Origin: Saccostrea echinata
Lineage: Eukaryota
Length of the DNA: 64,000 nt
Assembly: GCF_033153115.1 (NCBI RefSeq)
Contig: NW_026889777.1
Location: 18,104,001-18,168,000, forward strand
Direction of reading: 5' to 3'
The notes under the pieces are model-generated. The model was given only the letters and a program-made list of their open reading frames with translations. It was not told where the DNA came from and did not search any database. Positions 23,736 through 31,283 of this stretch are shown in pieces. Both the position numbers and the translations under genes were made by a program. Numbering within the stretch: the first letter of the stretch is position 1; each line of letters starts with the position of its first letter.

Positions 23736-24572
23736 ATGCAGTATCATCCAGGATTATTGAGACAAAGAGGACACGGACAGTTTGTCTATCATAGAGGTTT
23801 ATTACGTCAAAAAGGACACGGTGTTGTAGGTGGAATTATCTCTGGATTGGCTGGAGCCCTTACCCCTAATCCTACTGGATTTCCAATACTAAATCTTCTT
23901 CCAGACAGTTTGCTTCTACCCAAATTTAGGCGAATTCGCCAGCATTTAAGATCTCAAAGAGGAGGAAATTTTATAGACTTCCTGTCGGGAATGGTACCGA
24001 ACCTACCTATAGGGATGACTTTAAAAGAAGCTGTCCAATTAGGCTCAGGCCGGCGGCGACAAAGAGGTCGAGGATTTCTTAAAGATCTAGTCAAAATGGG
24101 TCGTAATCAAGCCTTGATTGCCGGAGCTAAAATAGGAGCGGATGTGATTAAAAAAAGGAAAAATATCAAAAATGCTCTTTTAACTCATGGACTCAATGCC
24201 GTTAAAAATACGGGCTTATTTGCTCTCAATAGAGGAGGAAGTCTAGCTTTTAAAAAGATGAATAAGAAAGGTCAAAAAGGTAAAGGGAGAAGAAAAACAA
24301 GAAGAAGAAGAAGAAGAGGGCAGAGAGGGAGAGGAGTTGTGAGAAATTTACTGAAAACGGGAGCCAAACATGCCTTGACTGCTGCCGCTAGAACGGGGTT
24401 AGACGTGTTAGAAAATAAGAGATCTTTAAAAGACGCTGTCAAAACTCACGGAGTACAAGCCCTGAAACAAAGATTGAATCTCGGTAAGAAAAGAAGAAGA
24501 AGAAAAAAAGCACCTGTGTTAGCCCGAGGAGGTCCTAAGAAGAGAAAAAGGGGTTTAGATATCTTTGATTGA
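23736..24572 (+). CDS. Basic virion precursor protein with repeated QxGxG/QxGG motifs and amphipathic helices
   Basis: TATA at about 23680. Seven QxG(x)G motifs, a duplicated ~55-aa helix module and Arg tracts. Lies between penton and MCP. Confidence 0.8.
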   Translation: MQYHPGLLRQRGHGQFVYHRGLLRQKGHGVVGGIISGLAGALTPNPTGFPILNLLPDSLLLPKFRRIRQHLRSQRGGNFIDFLSGMVPNLPIGMTLKEAVQLGSGRRRQRGRGFLKDLVKMGRNQALIAGAKIGADVIKKRKNIKNALLTHGLNAVKNTGLFALNRGGSLAFKKMNKKGQKGKGRRKTRRRRRRGQRGRGVVRNLLKTGAKHALTAAARTGLDVLENKRSLKDAVKTHGVQALKQRLNLGKKRRRRKKAPVLARGGPKKRKRGLDIFD

Positions 24573-24646
24573 GAGACACTATAAATAGGAAAGTCGAGTG
24601 AGATTGACCTTCATTTGTGAAAAATCCATCTTAGTAGACAGACATC

Positions 24647-26068
24647 ATGTTGCAACCAGATTCCTGTGCTTGTGGGATGAACAATTTACAATTGTTCCAA
24701 GTCCCCCCGACTAATATTGCTTTAGAAGACTCCAAATGGGAAGAATATTACCCCATTTCTAGTACTTTAAATTCGGATACGACTCCCATTGAATTTGAAA
24801 TTAAAGGACAAGGAGATCAATATCTGGATTTATCTCAAACGTATGTTCAAATGGTGTGTAAATTCACCAAAGACGATGGTACTGATCTGACTGGAGCTAA
24901 CACCACTTGCGCCCCGGTGAATAATATCTTTCATTCCTTGTTTACGGAAATCGATCTCAGTGTCAATGGAAAAATAGTGTCTCCGGGAACCGATACTTAT
25001 CCTTACAAAGCTTATCTGGAGAAATTACTTTCTTACAAACCCAGAACTTTAATGACCCAGATGAGAGCCTGTAGTCTGTGGGAAAAAGATACGGCAGGAC
25101 ACATGGACGAAGTGGGGGTAGCAGACCTTGGAGTGGCTCAAAATAAGACATTTGATGTAACCCCAGGTGCAAGTGGTGGTGCCGATACTGTGACCATTGA
25201 CGAACCCATCGTCCCAGAGTTACCGGCCAATTCTAGAAACGAAGGATTTAGAAAACGTCACCAGGCCATCAAAGATAGTAAGAAAATACCCTTGTTTGAT
25301 CGTTTACATCTGGATCTATTTCAACAAGACCGATTTCTACCCAATGGAGTAGACGTCCGTTTGAGATTTAATCGAGCTAGACCTCAGTTCTATATGATGA
25401 TCAAAGCACTAAGTACGGGAAAAGTGAAAATATTGAACATGGTCTTGTGGGTGAGAAAAGTCAAACCCACGGCCGTCATGATGAATGGCATTAATCAAAG
25501 TTTGAACACTCATAGAGCCAAATATCCTTTGAGAAGAGTGGAAGTGAAAACCTTTACCATACTGACAGGAACTCAATCTAAGATTACGGATCATCTGTTT
25601 CAAGGCCAGATGCCTAAACGTCTCATTTTAGGCTTTGTGGAAAATGCGGCTTTTAACGGAGATAAAACTAAAAATCCGTTTAATTTTCAAAACTTTGGAA
25701 TTAAGAAATTAGATGTCAGTATCAACGGAGAGACCATGAGTACTCGTTGTTTTGAGCCCAATTTCAATGAAGATTTATATCTGAGATCTTATCTGAGTCT
25801 ATATCAAGCCTTGGGAAAATTAGGAGAAGATTGGGCTCCGGACATCACCCTAGAAGAGTATAAAAACGGATACACTCTGTGGGGCTGGGATTTCACCAAA
25901 GATCAAGAAGCGCAATCGGACAAATTCCACATCATAGAAACCGGAAATCTGAGAATAGAAGTCCAATTTACGAACAATACGGTGAACACCTTAAATTGTG
26001 TGGTGTATGCAGAATTCGATAACCTGTTAGAAATTAACAAACAGAGAGAAGTGAGTATTGATTACTAA
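24647..26068 (+). CDS. Major capsid protein (double jelly-roll, PY)
   Basis: [89 protein letters not shown]. Confidence 0.95.
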   Translation: MLQPDSCACGMNNLQLFQVPPTNIALEDSKWEEYYPISSTLNSDTTPIEFEIKGQGDQYLDLSQTYVQMVCKFTKDDGTDLTGANTTCAPVNNIFHSLFTEIDLSVNGKIVSPGTDTYPYKAYLEKLLSYKPRTLMTQMRACSLWEKDTAGHMDEVGVADLGVAQNKTFDVTPGASGGADTVTIDEPIVPELPANSRNEGFRKRHQAIKDSKKIPLFDRLHLDLFQQDRFLPNGVDVRLRFNRARPQFYMMIKALSTGKVKILNMVLWVRKVKPTAVMMNGINQSLNTHRAKYPLRRVEVKTFTILTGTQSKITDHLFQGQMPKRLILGFVENAAFNGDKTKNPFNFQNFGIKKLDVSINGETMSTRCFEPNFNEDLYLRSYLSLYQALGKLGEDWAPDITLEEYKNGYTLWGWDFTKDQEAQSDKFHIIETGNLRIEVQFTNNTVNTLNCVVYAEFDNLLEINKQREVSIDY

Positions 26069-26571
26069 TGGATACGGGACAGTTGAGAGAAGTCTTATCC
26101 AGAGAATTAAAGAGTTCTTTTGGTGGAGTGTACCCTTTGGATATATTACCGGATCAATTAAGACTTGGAGAAAAAGCCATCGTGGTGAATACGGATCCTC
26201 AAGATCAACCTGGAGAACACTGGGTGTGTCTGTACGTGAGCAGTCCAGTGGTGGAATATTTTGACTCTTATGGATTTCCTCCCTTACAGAAAGAAATTCA
26301 AGACTTTATCCAGCGTCATGCTCACCAATGGATTTATAATCCGTATCGATATCAAGATTGGAAGACCGATGTGTGTGGACAATATTGTGTGTATTATTTA
26401 CATCAAAGACACAAGTTGAGAAAGAAAGCAGACGAGTGGTTATTTCCCTTTGACCATAGTACAGCTTTACAAAGAGATCATTATGTAGCTCAATGGTTTA
26501 AAGACACTTATCATAAAAGACCTACGGGTCATGGACAAACTTGTCAATGTTTCTATCAAAATGTCATGTAA
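26068..26571 (+). CDS. Adenain-like cysteine maturation protease
   Basis: FGGVYP.D, VNTDP..PGEHWV (His), YFDSYG (Asp), Q..TDVCGQYC (Gln/Cys). Confidence 0.95.
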   Translation: MDTGQLREVLSRELKSSFGGVYPLDILPDQLRLGEKAIVVNTDPQDQPGEHWVCLYVSSPVVEYFDSYGFPPLQKEIQDFIQRHAHQWIYNPYRYQDWKTDVCGQYCVYYLHQRHKLRKKADEWLFPFDHSTALQRDHYVAQWFKDTYHKRPTGHGQTCQCFYQNVM

Positions 26572-26723
26572 TTAATTGTTGTTATCAATAAAAAGAATTG
26601 GAAAAAAAAAATCTGTGTTCTTGTTGTTTTTTTTAAAAAAGGGGGTTTTCCCCATGATACTAAATATAGAAAAAAAAGGTATATAAAAAAAAGAAAAAGA
26701 AAAAAGAAAAGCCTCATTTGATC

Positions 26724-27224
26724 ATGAGTCTCCAGGAGATACAGGGTGATTTATTAAACATTCCTGTAGAAGCTATAGTACATCAATGTAACTGTTTAAC
26801 AGTCAGAGCTCATGGATTGAGTCAAAGTATAGCAGATAAATATCCTCAAGCGAATTTGTATGCCACCCGCAGACCTTTAGGGTCTAGAAATTTAGCCTTA
26901 GAAGAGGACAGGGATAAGCCAGGAACCATTAGGGTGTTTTCCTCACAAACACCTGTGGTCATTTGTTTATTAGCTCAATGGGATTATGGCAGAGCAAGTC
27001 ACAGACCTAAAAGAATCTCCACTTATCAGGACACCCCACAAAATAGAGAGCAATGGTTTCAAGCCTGTTTACAAGAATTGGGAAATTTACCTTATAAAAC
27101 TCTTGCTTTTCCTTACAAGATTGGATGTGGCTTAGCTGGAGGAAATTGGACTCATTATAGACATTATATTGAACAATTTGTACACACTTATGACAAACAT
27201 GTGTACATTCTTCATAAACATTAA
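26724..27224 (+). CDS. Macrodomain (ADP-ribose binding/hydrolase, Poa1p/TARG1-like type)
   Basis: IQGDLL, IVHQCNC, AHGLSQSIADKYP, PGTI, LAFPYKIGCGLAGGNW. TATA at 26680. Confidence 0.88.
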   Translation: MSLQEIQGDLLNIPVEAIVHQCNCLTVRAHGLSQSIADKYPQANLYATRRPLGSRNLALEEDRDKPGTIRVFSSQTPVVICLLAQWDYGRASHRPKRISTYQDTPQNREQWFQACLQELGNLPYKTLAFPYKIGCGLAGGNWTHYRHYIEQFVHTYDKHVYILHKH

Positions 27225-28471
27225 CTGTGTATGTGTGTGTTTTTTATGTGATATAAAATAAATCTTTTTTTTTTTGAAAAAGTACCTTTTTATAGGAATG
27301 AAGTGCCATGCTTCAGCCTCCACAGCAGTCTGATGCACTCATAAGCAGATCCTTGTGAGTGGGTGGGTGGGGAGCCCAGTAGAAAACACTAGGAATTTTT
27401 TTTTTAAAATTCCATGAGATCATCCAGTTTGGCTCACAGTACAGTTTTTTTTTTCTTTTTCCCCCTGTAATATATTGTCAATATTTAAAAAAATGGAAAA
27501 AAATTAAAAAAAATCATCAGCACTTGGAGATACAAAAAAAAAAACCTTGCTATCTTTTAACCAACTATGGTATTATAATTTACATTATCAATTATCTTTG
27601 ACTTATCCATTTTTTTTTTTATCCATTTTTTATAAAATATATATATATATAAACATGTATAGTAAAAAACAGAATTAAAATTTGTATCTCATTGAAAAAC
27701 TTCAAAGTTTTGTTTGTTTCTATATGTTGGATGATTAACTGTGTGTGTTTTTTTCTCCAAAAAAAAGGAAGAGTACAGCCCAGGCTTCACTTCATAGAGA
27801 CTGGATTATAGATGGTTAGGAACCCTAAAAAACATATCTTCCAATGTTGAGGACTGTAGAAATAAAATCCATTTTTTTTGTTATGATGACAAAAATACTA
27901 CATGAAACAATGCATGTTTTTAAATGTAATGGAATAAAAAAAAAGAGTAATATATATATATATATATATCAAGACCTAACTTATACTGGAATCAATGAAA
28001 TTTCATTCATAAAAATATATTTTTTTAAAAAATACAGACTTTATTTACTATGGACCATAAATGATGACATGAATAGCAGGCCATACTTTAAGCACATGAC
28101 AAACCATTATCTCAAAATCATGCAGAACTAGGTTCATTAGCATAGCTGACATTAAAACATATAGGTGAGGGATAACATAATCACAACAATAAACAATGTG
28201 TTAAAAAACTTTAAACGACTTACAGCGTGGATTACACGCCTTGAACAGGGAATAAAAAAAACCTTGCCTCGAGAGTATCATGGCGGCATAAACACAGAAA
28301 ATTAAGTCGTACTTAAACACATTCCCTAATGATTTGAGAAAATCACTGTCTTTCATGTGTGTATTTTTTTTTTATTGGACATGGGGAGAAAGTCTATAGA
28401 TTTTTGTTGTTGTTGTTATAATATGAGTTGACAAGAAAAAAAAAAATTATTTTAAGTGATTATGAGTTTAA

Positions 28472-28525
<54 letters not shown>

Positions 28526-28600
28526 AGTGACCTCTGGTGTTATTATACGTTTCTTTTATAACCGTGTATTAAAAAGGTATCTTTTCGTAAAATTTGGGTT

Positions 28601-28616
28601 GGCCCTTAAAAGGGCC
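28601..28616 (-). terminator. Histone-mRNA-type 3' stem-loop (distal) with HDE-like GAAAAGA at 28586-28580
   Basis: Minus strand CAAC-GGCCCT TTTA AGGGCC-AACCCA matches GGYYYU-UYUH-ARRRCC exactly. Confidence 0.75.
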
Positions 28617-28657
28617 GTTGTTGATTTTTTTTCTTCAGGGTTTACTCCCTGGGACTT

Positions 28658-28673
28658 GGTCCTTAAAAGGACC
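28658..28673 (-). terminator. Histone-mRNA-type 3' stem-loop (proximal copy)
   Basis: Minus strand CAAC-GGTCCT TTTA AGGACC; compensatory base-pair change relative to the distal copy. Confidence 0.7.
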
Positions 28674-28806
28674 GTTGTTTTTTTTTTTTTTTCTTCAGGG
28701 TTTACTCCCTGGGACGTCGCCCTCGTCCACGGCCAGTCACTACTCCGTTGTCTGGTGTTCTTCCTCCCTCGATGGTCACGCCACGGCCTCGGCCCACCCT
28801 GGGTGT

Positions 28807-29415
28807 TCAGGGACGGGTAGGAGGGGTGGGAAGAACGGGCTCCGGGCTCCCGTAACGACAGAGGGGGCAGCCCTCTCCTCGGTCTATCAGGCGGACCGCA
28901 CAGAGGAAGCAGGCTGGCCTCTGGCGGCATCGACCGCACAGGAAGTTGGACAACTCCTGGTCACACAGGCAGAGGCAGCAATATCCTTCGGCCACAGAAG
29001 CCTGGATCCCCCACAAGGGGATGCAGCCCTGGAAGACCGCTCGGTCCTGGGGAGGTGACGAAACCCCGTCGAGGAGGCGGTGGACTGCTGCTCCGGCCGG
29101 AGACGAAGGGGGGGACTCCGGACTGTCCGGCAGGTCGAAGTTCCTGCCCTCCTCCTCCGGCCGCGGATGGTATACGGGGCGTGGCTCCCCTCTGCTCCCT
29201 GCTGGTGAAGGCCTGGATGGCGAGGGCCTGGAATAGGGGGTGGTTCTGGCTCTCCTGGCGATGTTGCTTGCGACGAAGGTCCTAAGATCTCCGACGCGGA
29301 TCCTGCCCATATTGAAAACGGCAAACTCCTCCCCGGTGTCTTGGTTCCGAACCACCATCTGCAATATGACCTCCACTCCTGGCTGAATAGCTATATTCTC
29401 AGTAAAGAGAGACAT
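28807..29415 (-). CDS. GC-rich Pro/Ser/Arg-rich protein with C-terminal C4C4 RING-like domain
   Basis: CCLC-x10-CGRC-x5-CFLC-x10-CPLCRY. Upstream TATAAATA (about 29492-29485) and TCATTCG Inr. Confidence 0.8.
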   Translation of the reverse strand: MSLFTENIAIQPGVEVILQMVVRNQDTGEEFAVFNMGRIRVGDLRTFVASNIARRARTTPYSRPSPSRPSPAGSRGEPRPVYHPRPEEEGRNFDLPDSPESPPSSPAGAAVHRLLDGVSSPPQDRAVFQGCIPLWGIQASVAEGYCCLCLCDQELSNFLCGRCRQRPACFLCAVRLIDRGEGCPLCRYGSPEPVLPTPPTRP

Positions 29416-29968
29416 GTCGAATTCCTTGTAGTGTCGCTGGAACAGCTCGCTAACGAATGACAGTTAACAGCTGATCAGCGTCGGTATTTATACACACAGC
29501 GCGAGCCGAAAAGAGAGCACCCTAAAAGCCCGGATGACGAAGAGCTCAGAAAATCATGGAAAAATCAAAATTGTGTTATTTGTGTTTTGTGAATACCTCT
29601 ATTGGAGTAAATAACATATTATGGGATCATATATACATTCAAACCTTCTAGTAAAAGAATGAAGGTAAGTTTCGAGAATGATTTCACAGTATTTTTCATA
29701 CATGACATTGTTCCCTTGTTTAGAACAGGCTCATTTATGCCGAAGCGAAGGGCTAACCTTGACTGACCTGAATACATAAAATAAGTCGTTTTAGACTTTT
29801 GAGAGTGTAACACAAAGAAAACTTATGGCAGGCAATAAGATTGAACTTAGGGAAGAGTGTCTATATAGTTTTCAGATCAAAAGAATCGTTACAAGTGTAA
29901 AAATAAACTTAGCGTCGGTTTCGGGATAAACACAAGGGAGGTCAAAGGTCAGCCATTTTCAGAAAATC

Positions 29969-30314
29969 AATGTATAAGACTTTGTATAGGGAATATAAGA
30001 ATCTTTTCAATCCCGACCTTTTCAGATAAAAATTTTGAGATGAATAGAATCAGATTGGTCTAAAAACAAATTGTATACACTTTATTTGCAGTGGGAAAGT
30101 TTAGATTTTTTTAAATAAGAACAAAACATCCCAGCGTCTAAATGTATAGACTTGTATAGGGAATATAAGAATCTTTTCAATCCCGACCTTTTCAGATAAA
30201 AATTTTGAGATGAATAGAATCAGATTGGTCTAAAAACAAATTGTATACACTTTATTTGCAGTGGGAAAGTTTAGATTTTTAAATAAACCAGGATTTTATA
30301 GACTCAGCGTCTAA
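29969..30314. repeat. Tandem ~170-bp duplication in Polinton intergenic DNA
   Basis: GAATATAAGAATCTTTTCAATCCCGACC... at 29991 and 30161. Each copy has an inverted CCAAT (GATTGG). Confidence 0.85.
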
Positions 30315-30370
30315 CGGATACATGATGACGTCATTACTAAACAATAACAAACAAAAAACTTAGTGTCTTT

Positions 30371-30880
30371 TCATTCTTTTATTTCTTTTTGGTTTAACAA
30401 TTGTTCCAAATGTTGATTTCTGCGTTGAAATCTCATTCGATCGGCTACTAGAGCCATCCATTCACTTTTCCGATCTTCGGGTGGTAAATAATGAATTTCA
30501 TTCAAGTCTGTATTAAAAGTCACACATTTCTTAGTCTCTCTGAAATTTCCACATATTTCATCCCGTATTGAATGCATATTTTCTCCATCGATTCTATTTC
30601 CTGGTAGAGTAAAATCACTTTCCTTGCTTGGGGATGGCATAAAAAAGTGTAAGGCTTTCCTAGATAGTGGGTCAGGCTTAACCCATACCATTTCTGGGGC
30701 AGAGTTTCTTTCATGCGTTGACATAGAAAATGCAGTGTAGCTAGTCTCCCCAAGTTGGGAGGATGTAACAGGGCCAGGCATTGTAACCATAAGTCTTGAA
30801 TGGTTTCTATGATGGTAGTGGCTCTCTGAAACACTTGTTCTGCCTGGGGAGGGAGAGGTTGTTCGTGTTGTTCTATCCAT
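30371..30880 (-). CDS. PPP1R15/GADD34-, ICP34.5-, DP71L-like PP1-recruiting eIF2alpha phosphatase adaptor
   Basis: C-terminal KKCVTF (RVxF-like)..EIHYL..DRKSEWMALVADRMRFQRRNQHLEQLL matches the R-x2-W-x5-DR-x-RF-x-RR signature. The start codon is uncertain. Confidence 0.85.
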   Translation of the reverse strand: MDRTTRTTSPSPGRTSVSESHYHHRNHSRLMVTMPGPVTSSQLGETSYTAFSMSTHERNSAPEMVWVKPDPLSRKALHFFMPSPSKESDFTLPGNRIDGENMHSIRDEICGNFRETKKCVTFNTDLNEIHYLPPEDRKSEWMALVADRMRFQRRNQHLEQLLNQKEIKE

Positions 30881-30933
30881 TGCATTAACAAATCATAGCC
30901 TTCTAAAATCAAAGAGTGGTATTGCTTCGACAT
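30520..30933 (-). CDS. Overlapping 137-aa ORF of unknown function (first ATG after the promoter)
   Basis: Follows TATAAATA at about 30979-30972. Open over 120 codons that overlap the PPP1R15-like frame. Confidence 0.5.
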   Translation of the reverse strand: MSKQYHSLILEGYDLLMQWIEQHEQPLPPQAEQVFQRATTIIETIQDLWLQCLALLHPPNLGRLATLHFLCQRMKETLPQKWYGLSLTHYLGKPYTFLCHPQARKVILLYQEIESMEKICIQYGMKYVEISERLRNV

Positions 30934-31108
30934 GACAATTGATTATGAACAGAAGACATGATATTTTATCTTATTTATACCCCTGTTATTTAAAATTTAT
31001 TTTTAGACTTTGGAAAAACCAATAGACTTAATTTTTTTTTTTAAATTTTTTTTTAAAAATCTATTTTTAGACTTTGGAAAAACCAATAGACTTAAATAGA
31101 ATAGGAAG

Positions 31109-31195
31109 GTGTGGGTTTTTCCCAGATCTCACATCTCACATCTCAGGAATTTCCAGATCTCAGAACGTGCTGAGCGCGTGTGGGTTTTTCCAGGA
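31109..31195 (-). repeat. Displaced inverted copy of the left sub-terminal block (about 11045-11145)
   Basis: CAGATCTCACATCTCACATCTCAGGAATTTCCAGATCTCAGAACGTGCTGAGCGCG is the reverse complement of about 11067-11122. Confidence 0.9.
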
Positions 31196-31283
31196 CCCCT
31201 TCCTTTTAAAAAAAAAAAGTATAAAAACCAGCGCAGAGAGTGTATGGGTCATCATTTTCAGTCAGAAGTCAGAGGTGTATACC

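Noticed and set aside
28428-29324. Several overlapping ORFs on both strands
   Set aside because: By-products of high GC and homopolymer runs. Only 29415..28807 has a promoter and a domain signature.
30909-30959. 16-codon uORF upstream of the PPP1R15-like unit
   Set aside because: Its ATG is only about 13 nt from the TATA box, so it probably lies upstream of the transcription start.
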